Shown: one piece after another, positions 1-7,427 of the stretch
How the letters are laid out: every line of letters begins with the position of its first letter
How positions within the stretch are numbered: position 1 is the first letter of the stretch
From: a virus
Lineage: Duplodnaviria > Caudoviricetes
Virus record (IMG/VR): IMGVR_UViG_3300049173_000052
Location: 509 to 64,508 of that record
Strand: one strand, 5' to 3'
Length of the DNA: 64,000 nucleotides
Notes under the pieces: model-generated
Seen by the model: the letters and a program-made list of their open reading frames with translations, nothing else
What the model was told of the DNA's origin: nothing
Database searches by the model: none
Position numbers and translations under genes: made by a program

Positions 1-51
1 GGACGACGGGGTGCGCGTCCTTCTCCGGGTCGTACAGCGGGTTGTAGGAGG

Positions 52-210
52 TCACGACGCACGCTCCGGCACGACGATGAACCGGTCGGAGTCGAGGTCC
101 ATACGGACCGTCGCGGGCTGGCCCTGCCGGGTGAGCTCCGCCGCGCGCTCCTCGGCGGGCCACGAACCGCGGGGGTGACCGGCCGGGAAGTGGTCGAGGA
201 TCTCGCTCAT
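52..210 (-). CDS. Small hypothetical protein (52 aa)
   Basis: MSEILDHFPAG...; ATGA overlap with upstream ORF stop, GTGA overlap with next ORF running off the window. Confidence 0.65.
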   Translation of the reverse strand: MSEILDHFPAGHPRGSWPAEERAAELTRQGQPATVRMDLDSDRFIVVPERAS

Positions 211-818
211 GCCGCCACCCCGATCAGGTCCAGGCGGCCGACCGTGGCGAGGGTGGCTCGGTAGCCGGCCATCAGGTCGACGTTGTGCGCCAGGTCGTCG
301 GCGTCCAGGTCCGACATGCTGCCGGTCCGGGCGATCTCGATCAGCTCGTTGGCGCGCGCCTCGGCGGACCTGTAACGGGCCACGGCGACCACGGGCAGGT
401 CGGTGCGGTAGCCGTGCTCGGGGTCGTCCTCGATGTCGGTGACCACCTCGACGGGGCCGACACCGTCGATGTCCACGGTGAGGGTGATCTCGGTGGCGGT
501 CCACGTGCTGGAGCCGTCGGACGTGCTGCGTTCGACCTGGCGGAGGGTGACGGTGCCGCCGACCCGCAGGTAAAGGTCGTTCAGCTCGCGCTGCGACCAC
601 ACCGTCAGGTACGTCGCCGTCTCGCCGAGGTAGGCGCGGGGCGCCGAGTTGGTCCGGTAGCCGAGCGCGGCGTTGACCTTCGCGACCACGGCCGGGTCCG
701 GCTTGGTGAGCGCCAGCTCCAGACGACGGAGGGCGTCGGCGGCGGCCGGCGGAAGCGGGGCGGTGTCGCCCTCGCGGTTGGTGCGCTCGTGCGCACCGAT
801 AAGATCGGTGGTAGCCAA
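207..818 (-). CDS. Hypothetical protein, first gene of the leftward operon
   Basis: 203 aa, GC3-biased, AGGAG RBS upstream of a TTG start. Confidence 0.7.
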   Translation of the reverse strand: MATTDLIGAHERTNREGDTAPLPPAAADALRRLELALTKPDPAVVAKVNAALGYRTNSAPRAYLGETATYLTVWSQRELNDLYLRVGGTVTLRQVERSTSDGSSTWTATEITLTVDIDGVGPVEVVTDIEDDPEHGYRTDLPVVAVARYRSAEARANELIEIARTGSMSDLDADDLAHNVDLMAGYRATLATVGRLDLIGVAA

Positions 819-940
819 CGTGGTCTCCTAGTCAGAACCTGTTGGTCAGGGCCGGCCTGCGAGGTGAGAGTCGCGGTGTCCGGCCCGTCTTCTGTTGTGC
901 GTCGTCCGCGGACTGGGTCCGGTGAGAGTGGACGACGTTC

Positions 941-970
941 GCCGCTCTCAAGTTGCTGCCTTGAGGGCGA
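941..970. promoter_or_regulatory. Candidate operator, inverted repeat CTCAAG-N7-CTTGAG
   Basis: Lies just downstream of the leftward promoter; related hexamers GTCAAG (1003) and CTTGAG (~1035) nearby. Confidence 0.45.
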
Positions 971-978
971 CTGATACG

Positions 979-1007
979 ACCGTAGAGGCGCTGCGGCGGG
1001 GAGTCAA
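979..1007 (-). promoter_or_regulatory. sigma70/HrdB-type promoter TTGACT-N17-TACGGT
   Basis: Near-consensus -35 and TANNNT -10 with exact 17-nt spacer, pointing into the leftward operon. Confidence 0.65.
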
Positions 1008-1071
1008 GCGCCCAACTGAACTTCTCCAATCGCGTCTTGAGTGACCGTCGGATCGCCCGTACCCTCACGTC

Positions 1072-1326
1072 ATGGCCGACTCCCTCGACGCTCCCTACGC
1101 CCCCTACGACGAGCAGCTCCGCGCGATCGCCGACCTCAACGAGCGCTGGACGGCTTACCTCGAACTCGCCCAGCGATTGGAGGACGAGCTGGAGTTGTGG
1201 CGCAGGCGGCAGCGCCAGGAGATCGCGCTGGGCTTCCGGGACCAAAAGAAGACCTGGAAGGAGATCGGGGAGATCATGGGGGGCGTCACGTACCAACGCG
1301 CCCACCAATTCGGCAAGGGCGAGTGA
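1072..1326 (+). CDS. Small HTH DNA-binding protein
   Basis: C-terminal KTWKEIGEIMGGVTYQRAHQF helix-turn-helix; divergent from the leftward promoter. Confidence 0.75.
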   Translation: MADSLDAPYAPYDEQLRAIADLNERWTAYLELAQRLEDELELWRRRQRQEIALGFRDQKKTWKEIGEIMGGVTYQRAHQFGKGE

Positions 1327-1475
1327 GTGGGGCTTCATGGGAGCAAGTCTTCGCGTGCGGGCACACCCGGACCATGAAGATCCCATGCAGCACCATGCAG
1401 TGAACTGAAGCGGGACATGCAGCGTCATGCAGAGCCGCCGAAAGATGGCCCACAAAGGCGGCCGAGGAGCCGATA

Positions 1476-2111
1476 GTGGACGACGTTAAGTGGACCGGGG
1501 AGAAAGCCGCCCGGCTCCAGGACGCATTCGAAATGACCCAGGAAGAGTTCGCCGGAAAGCTCGGGGTCTCGGTTCGCAGTGTCGCTTCATGGCGTGCGAA
1601 CCCGAGGATGGTGCCCCAGTCGGAGACGCAGCGAATCCTGGACACGACCTTGGGATTGGCAGGTGATGCGGTGCGCCGGCGCTTCATCCATTCGTTGCGG
1701 GCAGCGGCGCCCCAGCCTGAGGCGCAGGCGCTACGTGTAGCGATCGCCGTGGTCCGTCGCGGTGGTGATGTGCTGCTTGTATGCAGGCAGGACGGCGACG
1801 ATATCGCTTGGCAGTTCCCGGCGGGCATCGTGAAGCCGGGCGGCTCGGCGTCGAAGGTCGCTGTGCGGGAAACCCTGGATGAGACCGGGGTTCATTGCAC
1901 AGTCCGCGGACACTTGGGTGAACGACTGCACCCTTATACGCGCGCAATGTGCGATTACTTCATCTGTGACTACGTGCACGGTGAGGCGGTCAACGGGGAT
2001 TCCTCCGAGAACGTCGCCGTGGTGTGGGCTCCGATTGGCGAGCTTGGCCGCTTCATCCCAACGGACCGCATCTATCCGCCGATCCTGGACGCCTTGGAGG
2101 CAACGGTATGA
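1476..2111 (+). CDS. XRE-HTH + NUDIX fusion protein (degenerate NUDIX box)
   Basis: N-term MTQEEFAGKLGVSVRSVASW; C-term GIVKPGGSASKVAVRETLDETGV (first conserved E replaced by G, EE by DE). Confidence 0.85.
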   Translation: MDDVKWTGEKAARLQDAFEMTQEEFAGKLGVSVRSVASWRANPRMVPQSETQRILDTTLGLAGDAVRRRFIHSLRAAAPQPEAQALRVAIAVVRRGGDVLLVCRQDGDDIAWQFPAGIVKPGGSASKVAVRETLDETGVHCTVRGHLGERLHPYTRAMCDYFICDYVHGEAVNGDSSENVAVVWAPIGELGRFIPTDRIYPPILDALEATV

Positions 2112-2515
2112 CCGAGAAGATCACCGAGAAGGGCGTCAGCGCCGCCATCATCGTGCGCGAGGGCAAGGTCCTAATGGTCCGGCGCCGGGTCGGCGAGGGC
2201 GACTTGCTGTGGCAGTTCCCGGCCGGCCAGATCGAGCCCGGCGAGGCTGTCGAGGATGCGGCGGTGCGCGAGACGGTCGAGGAGACCGGGCTGGTCGTCA
2301 CGGCGATCCGCCTCCTGGGCGAGCGTGTTCACCCGAAGACCGGGCGCGCGATGTCCTACACGGCCTGCGAGGTGCTGCAGGGCGAGGCCCGGGTTGCGGA
2401 CGAGGATGAGCTCGACGCGGTCGCCTGGGTCTCCCGCTCGGAGATCACGGACTACGTGCCGTACCCGCTGTACGAGAAGGTCCAGGAGTATCTCGACGAC
2501 GTGCTGCCGCGCTGA
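2108..2515 (+). CDS. NUDIX hydrolase (Pif/MutT-like)
   Basis: Canonical box GQIEPGEAVEDAAVRETVEETGL; ATGA coupling to the upstream gene. Confidence 0.92.
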   Translation: MTEKITEKGVSAAIIVREGKVLMVRRRVGEGDLLWQFPAGQIEPGEAVEDAAVRETVEETGLVVTAIRLLGERVHPKTGRAMSYTACEVLQGEARVADEDELDAVAWVSRSEITDYVPYPLYEKVQEYLDDVLPR

Positions 2516-2798
2516 TCGATTTTCGGTCGCTTCCACCTTTGGCCACCGATTGGCCGCGCGACGGCGACGGGAGCGCGACGAATCCTACCGGGTCGGTCAA
2601 ATCGGCGATCACCGCAGATCGGAGGCCCGGAGGCGAGAGGTCTGGATCCGTCACCGACGACCCACTGACCGATGAGATTTGGCCTAGCGTCACGGCCAGA
2701 AAAGCGAACGGCCGGGTGCGTCAACACCCGGCCAGTTCTACCGGCGAGCTGTCACTCGCCGATCAGCAACCCAACCCCTGTGAAGGATGGAGCTACCC

Positions 2799-3095
2799 AT
2801 GAAGAGTAGCGAAACGCTGGCTTTACCGCGCCCCGCTTTGTCGACAGATCGCCTGTTGGATGCGCCACTCGACGAGCTCCTCGCCGAGCTGGACGTGGAA
2901 CTCGTCGACTCGTCGATCACGGACGCGACGTTCTTCGGGGCATTCGTCGAGGCTCCTGACGGCTCCCGCATCCTGTCGATGCCGCCTGGCCGCAGCGCCT
3001 TCGAGCGCGACACTGCGGCCCGGATGCTGCTGGCGGAGAGGTTCGGTCTGGATGCCCCGCCGGTGCCGGCGCCGCTCGAGGTGTCGCGCATCTGA
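2799..3095 (+). CDS. Hypothetical protein, possibly IrrE/ImmA-like without HExxH; contains a TTA codon
   Basis: GGAG RBS; codon 9 is TTA (2823-2825); pattern F-x-G...DG..I...PP...E. Confidence 0.7.
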   Translation: MKSSETLALPRPALSTDRLLDAPLDELLAELDVELVDSSITDATFFGAFVEAPDGSRILSMPPGRSAFERDTAARMLLAERFGLDAPPVPAPLEVSRI

Positions 3096-3104
3096 GAACG
3101 CAAA

Positions 3105-3142
3105 GAAGGGCCCCGCTCCCCGGTCGGGGGGCGGGGCCCTTC
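3105..3142. terminator. Bidirectional hairpin terminator
   Basis: GAAGGGCCCCGCTCCC / GGGGGCGGGGCCCTTC stem between convergent genes. Confidence 0.8.
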
Positions 3143-3143
3143 G

Positions 3144-3353
3144 TCATTCGGTTTCGTTGATCGCTCGGGCCACGTCGAGGGCGTGGTTCGTGGCGGTGAT
3201 GGCGGGGAGGGCGTCGAGGAGGTCGGCGGTCTGGTCGAGCCACTTCGCAAGCGGGGAGCGGACTTCCTCCTCGATGGAGATGGCGGGGCCGTTCCGGTGG
3301 AGTGGGTTGCGCAGGGCAAAGGCCGCGGCGCGGAGTTCCTCGGCGGTGCTCAC
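3144..3353 (-). CDS. Hypothetical protein
   Basis: 69 aa, coupled to upstream gene, last of the early operon. Confidence 0.65.
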   Translation of the reverse strand: MSTAEELRAAAFALRNPLHRNGPAISIEEEVRSPLAKWLDQTADLLDALPAITATNHALDVARAINETE

Positions 3354-3982
3354 GCCGCCCGCCTCTCAGCGACGGTCAGCTTCAACGCCTCCGAGTGCCC
3401 GTACTCCGCCCCGCAGCCGCGGCATTCGAACCCGTCGGTGTCGAGGGTGACCGATCGGACGGTGCCGCAGGGGCAGGTGACGGGGATGCGGCGGGGTGCC
3501 CTTTCGCCGCTGATGATGGCTTGGATCTGCCGGGCGGCCTGCTGGATTTCTCGGCCGAATTCATCCAGCGCGGGGTGACGGCTCGCGGCCCGGGTGAGGT
3601 TGCGGCGGAGGGTGTCGACGGCTTGGTCGACGCGGTGCTGGAGTCGCCCGCCGGCGCCGTGGACGCCGAGCCCGTAGCTGGCCCAGTCCTCAACCCACGT
3701 CTCCAGCGTGGAGACCAGGCCCCCGTTGGCGGTGAGGCTGAGGATCTGCTCGTTGCAGGGCATGGGGTGGCCGCTGCTGCCGCTGACGACAGGCCCGTCG
3801 CTACCGCCGCGGCCGGGCTGGATGCGCAGGCAGAGCCGGGCATAGAGGCCGGCGGGCCCGGCCAACTTCCGCAGATCCTGGTCGATGCGGTGCTCACACG
3901 GGGTGCAGATGAACCTGCCGGTCTCGTGGTCGAGCAGCTGGCGCGGGCAGATCACGCAACGGGGCGACGGGGCGTCGAGCAT
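3350..3982 (-). CDS. Double zinc-finger protein, possible late regulator (OvmZ-like)
   Basis: CVIC...CTPC at the N-term, CPC...CRGC at the C-term; near the end of the early operon. Confidence 0.65.
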   Translation of the reverse strand: MLDAPSPRCVICPRQLLDHETGRFICTPCEHRIDQDLRKLAGPAGLYARLCLRIQPGRGGSDGPVVSGSSGHPMPCNEQILSLTANGGLVSTLETWVEDWASYGLGVHGAGGRLQHRVDQAVDTLRRNLTRAASRHPALDEFGREIQQAARQIQAIISGERAPRRIPVTCPCGTVRSVTLDTDGFECRGCGAEYGHSEALKLTVAERRAA

Positions 3983-4025
3983 GGCGGGCTCCTTGTGCGG
4001 GCGGTGCGGGCTGGGCGGGGTGTGG

Positions 4026-4637
4026 CTATTCGCCGTGCTTTTCGAGCGACCAGCGGCGGTCGGCCTGGGCGCATTCGGCGACGCTGGGGCCGGCGTTGTG
4101 GGCGGGCGCCGCGTCGACGACCCGCCCGGCGACCGTGATGTCCCGGCCGGTGGTGTCGATGCCGACGTGTTCCAGCAGGCCGCGGATGCCGGTGGCGCCG
4201 TCGCACGAGGTAGTGCAGCCGTCGGTCGCGTTGGGAGCAGGTGGGTCGAGGGCCGCGTCGAGCCGGCTGTGGAGCTGCGTGAGGCCCGGGTAGTTGCGGC
4301 GGAGCCACTGGGCTTCCTCGCGAACGCGGGCGACGACGGCCTCGGCACGTTCGGCGCGCTCCCCGTTCTCGATGGCCTTGTCGGCGTACTGGGCGGCCAT
4401 GCGCACCGCGTGGGCGTCGGATTCGCTGGCGGCGACGAGGAGCTTCATACGTTCGATCTCGCGGCCGACGACGCGCCAGACGGCGGCGGCGATGTCGTCG
4501 GGGTATCGGGCGGGGGTGTCGCGGACCGCTTGGGCGATGCGCTGCTGGAGGTCGCCAGCCGCGGGCTGCTGCTCGCGTTCGGCGGCTTGCTGGCGGGCCC
4601 AGTCGACGGGGCCGCGGGGGCGGGGTTCGGAGGTCAT
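4026..4637 (-). CDS. Hypothetical coiled-coil protein
   Basis: 203 aa, GC3 bias, RBS. Confidence 0.65.
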   Translation of the reverse strand: MTSEPRPRGPVDWARQQAAEREQQPAAGDLQQRIAQAVRDTPARYPDDIAAAVWRVVGREIERMKLLVAASESDAHAVRMAAQYADKAIENGERAERAEAVVARVREEAQWLRRNYPGLTQLHSRLDAALDPPAPNATDGCTTSCDGATGIRGLLEHVGIDTTGRDITVAGRVVDAAPAHNAGPSVAECAQADRRWSLEKHGE

Positions 4638-4939
4638 TCGGGGCTCCGTGGGGTCGACGGTTCGGATTCGAGGCTCTGAGCGCCCATCTGCGGCTCGGAG
4701 CGGGAACGGATCCGCTGCGGGGAGTTCGGCCGGGAGGCGGGCGCTGAGGCCCCTTCTCGGGCCTCTTCCGCCTTACGCGGTCGCTGCCGCTTCGCCGCCC
4801 GCCTCGTGGCCCGGTTCGGTCGGGGCGGCTCCGCGTCGTCGACGACGAGCTCTTCGCCGGACCATCCGACGGTCGTCGTCCACAGGACGCCGGGCCGGGG
4901 CGCGTGTTCGCCGCGCGGGTTGCTGCTGGGCCCGGTCAC
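4634..4939 (-). CDS. Hypothetical basic protein
   Basis: GTGA overlap upstream and 4-nt overlap downstream; low complexity. Confidence 0.45.
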   Translation of the reverse strand: MTGPSSNPRGEHAPRPGVLWTTTVGWSGEELVVDDAEPPRPNRATRRAAKRQRPRKAEEAREGASAPASRPNSPQRIRSRSEPQMGAQSLESEPSTPRSPE

Positions 4940-5115
4940 GGCCGTCTCCCCTGCCGGGGTACGCGCCCCCGGATGTCGAGCACCCCGTCGGCGCGGGCGA
5001 GGAGCAGCAGGGCGCGGCGCAGGACCTTGGCGGGGTTTTCGCCGCGGCGGGCGTAGGCGGCGAGGATCGCGGCACTGCCGTCGTCGGGCTGCCAGCGGAT
5101 CGGCGGGCGGGTCAC
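4936..5115 (-). CDS. Small hypothetical protein (59 aa)
   Basis: Manually translated MTRPPIRWQPDDGSAAILAAYARRGENPAKVLRRALLLLARADG...; GGAGG RBS. Confidence 0.6.
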   Translation of the reverse strand: MTRPPIRWQPDDGSAAILAAYARRGENPAKVLRRALLLLARADGVLDIRGRVPRQGRRP

Positions 5116-5166
5116 TGGTCCTCCAGGGGTGGGGCCGGCCGCGCGAGACGGCCGGCGGGCGAGTGG

Positions 5167-6141
5167 TCAGGCGGCGGGGGTGAGGTGCTGGGCGACGATG
5201 CGCTGGTGCCAGTCGAGGGCGAAGTCCGGGCAGTTGGCGCAGTTCTTGTGCGTGTGGCCGGGCAGTTGGATCTGTTCCTTGCGGGCGACGTCGGACCAGG
5301 CCATCGAGTCGGCGGAGATGAGCCCGTCGGCGTAGGAGCCAAGGCCCTTGGTCTTCACGCCGAAGCCGTGGAGCCGGTAGCCCTGGTCGGCGAAGTGGCG
5401 GACGATCTGCCGGATCTCTTCGGTGGCCTGGCGGCGGCAGACCGAGCCGAGCCCGACGACAGGTTCGGCGGCGAGGTCGATACCGGCAGCTGCGTACATG
5501 TCGGCGCAGCGCTGGTACTGCTCGAGCGTCCAGCCCTGCAGCACCGGGATGATCGGCAGGTCTGGGCCGAGCCGCTTCAGCTCCAGGTAGTCCTCGACGG
5601 TGTAGCGCTGGTGGATCAGGACTGCGGCGTCGAGGTCCCGTTCGGGGTCCTCGACGACTCCAGGGGCGATGCCGCGGGCTTCGCGGGTGCCGTGGAAGTA
5701 GTCGCGGTGGCTGGGCTTGAGGTGCTGGTTCTTCCCGAAGATCACCCACGGCTCGCACATCCAGTCGCGCGGGGCTATCCACTCGGCGGGCCCCACCTCG
5801 CTGTCCCAGCGGCGGTGGTTGGTGACGTACTCGTCGGCGGGGATGGTCCAGCGGCCGTTCTGCTTCAGGTGTGTGAAGCCGCCGGAGTCGCGGCAGTGGG
5901 CGTGCCGGGCCCGGGGGAAGGCGCTCTTGCGCTGGATGAACCGGTTGTACGAGACGAAGAGCGTTTTGCCGATGAAGCGCGGGTCGTCCGACCACAGCCA
6001 GTTGATCATGTGGGTGCCGAGGTAGAACCGCGCCGCCTCCAGCTCCCGGCCTAGCCAGACCTTGCCGGCGAGCGTGGGCCGCTGGGCGATCGACGGCTGC
6101 GTCCACAGCGTCAACTGCGCCCGTTCGGGTGCGATGGTCAC
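5167..6141 (-). CDS. TGT-fold queuine tRNA-ribosyltransferase-like / DpdA-like base-exchange enzyme
   Basis: DSGGF motif, PVLQG, GLGSVCRR, LHGFGVK, DSMAWS nucleophile-type motif, C-terminal H-x3-C-x2-C. Confidence 0.8.
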   Translation of the reverse strand: MTIAPERAQLTLWTQPSIAQRPTLAGKVWLGRELEAARFYLGTHMINWLWSDDPRFIGKTLFVSYNRFIQRKSAFPRARHAHCRDSGGFTHLKQNGRWTIPADEYVTNHRRWDSEVGPAEWIAPRDWMCEPWVIFGKNQHLKPSHRDYFHGTREARGIAPGVVEDPERDLDAAVLIHQRYTVEDYLELKRLGPDLPIIPVLQGWTLEQYQRCADMYAAAGIDLAAEPVVGLGSVCRRQATEEIRQIVRHFADQGYRLHGFGVKTKGLGSYADGLISADSMAWSDVARKEQIQLPGHTHKNCANCPDFALDWHQRIVAQHLTPAA

Positions 6142-6413
6142 GCCGCCACCTGCTTCCGGGCCCGTGCGGCGCGCACTCGCGGCGTGCAGTTGGCGGTGTT
6201 GGCGGCGGTGCACTTCGGGCAGCGGCAGCACCAGTTGGTGTACGTCGACGGCTTGCCGTGGCGCGGGTCGTCGGGGGCGAGGCCGCGTTCGGCGCGGCGG
6301 CGGCGCTGCTCCCGGCAGCGGGCCGCGTTCGCCTGCCGCTCCTCGGCGGTGCGCTCCGGGCGGGTCGACGGGGCCAGGCCCAGGCTGGTGATCAGGTCGT
6401 CCCAGGGGGTCAA
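6138..6413 (-). CDS. Small Zn-binding protein (HG..Y..CRC..C motif)
   Basis: HGKPSTYTNWCCRCPKC; AAGGAG RBS before TTG. Confidence 0.7.
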   Translation of the reverse strand: MTPWDDLITSLGLAPSTRPERTAEERQANAARCREQRRRRAERGLAPDDPRHGKPSTYTNWCCRCPKCTAANTANCTPRVRAARARKQVAA

Positions 6414-6482
6414 CGCAAGCTCCTTGCGGTCGGTAGGGTCGGTGCCAGGCCCGGGCGGTAGCAGCGCCCGGGCCGTCTGCGG

Positions 6483-6887
6483 TCACGGGGCAGGGGTGGC
6501 GGCTTCGGCGGCGGCGCGCCGGTTCCGGTCGAGCTGGGCGACGGCCTCGTCGTGCGGCAGCTGCCGGTAGGCCGGGCACGGGCAGGTCTGGCCGTGGGCG
6601 AAGCAGGAGTGCGGCGCCGGGACCGTGTGGGCGTGGTGGCTGTGCCCGCAGGCGCAGAGTCGCGGCGTGTGCGGGGTCAGGCCCTGCAAGAGCCACTCCA
6701 GGCGCCGCTCTTCCTCCAGCTCGGCGACTCGGGTGCGCAGACGGTCGACCTCCGCCTTCAGTCCGAGCGCAATCTCGTGCAGTGCCTTCTCGGTGCCGTT
6801 GTTGTGGGTCGCGGTCGACCAGGTGCTGGTGCGCTCGCCGTACTGGGCGAGGCGGATCTCGGCGGGGGTCAGGCGGTTGGTGCTCAC
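6483..6887 (-). CDS. Hypothetical coiled-coil plus Cys/His-rich protein
   Basis: CACGHSHHAH...C...CPC. Confidence 0.65.
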   Translation of the reverse strand: MSTNRLTPAEIRLAQYGERTSTWSTATHNNGTEKALHEIALGLKAEVDRLRTRVAELEEERRLEWLLQGLTPHTPRLCACGHSHHAHTVPAPHSCFAHGQTCPCPAYRQLPHDEAVAQLDRNRRAAAEAATPAP

Positions 6888-6936
6888 GGTGTCTCCTCGT
6901 GTGGGTGGTCAGGCGGGCGTCAACGCGCGGCGGGCA

Positions 6937-7143
6937 TCAGGGGGCGGGGCGGGCGCAGTCGGCGTGGTCGATCGGCAGGTCGCCGGCCTTGATGCCGCAG
7001 GCGCAGCACTGCAGGAAGCTGCCGCTCTTGCCGGTAGCCGGGTCGAACCAGCTGCCGAAGTGGACGTTCTCGGTGGCGCCGCAGTCCTGGCAGTTGGTCG
7101 GCCCGGTGTGGCCGTGACGGCGGGCGATGTCGGTGGTGGTCAC
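6937..7143 (-). CDS. Small zinc-finger protein
   Basis: CQDC...CCAC; GTGA coupling. Confidence 0.6.
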   Translation of the reverse strand: MTTTDIARRHGHTGPTNCQDCGATENVHFGSWFDPATGKSGSFLQCCACGIKAGDLPIDHADCARPAP

Positions 7144-7427
7144 GGGGTCTCCTTGTTGAGGTGCTTGCGGGCTCGGGCGATGGCGGCTTGCTCGTGGATG
7201 CGGGCGGTGACGTGCTCGTTGAAGAGCGGCGAGTCGACGGCGGGCTCGGGCGGTATGGCGCGGCCGGGGACGATCTGCCAGCCGCAGGTCCAGATGTGGC
7301 CGCAGTTGGGGCAGCGGTAGCCGGCGATGAGTCCCTCGGCGCCGTCGCGGAGCGCGGACTCGGGGAACACGTCGTAGGTCGGGCAGGCCTCGCATGCGTC
7401 GCCGTAGAGGGGGTTGGGGTCGGTCAC
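7140..7427 (-). CDS. Small zinc-ribbon protein
   Basis: CEAC...CPNC; coupled to the helicase stop. Confidence 0.65.
   Translation of the reverse strand: MTDPNPLYGDACEACPTYDVFPESALRDGAEGLIAGYRCPNCGHIWTCGWQIVPGRAIPPEPAVDSPLFNEHVTARIHEQAAIARARKHLNKETP

Noticed and set aside
4294-6054. Long plus-strand ORFs opposite real genes (also 7394..9130, 29991..31430, 36701..38995, 49008..51140, 55054..57300)
   Set aside because: Shadow ORFs typical of ~72% GC DNA; the opposite strand carries recognisable motifs and GC3 bias.
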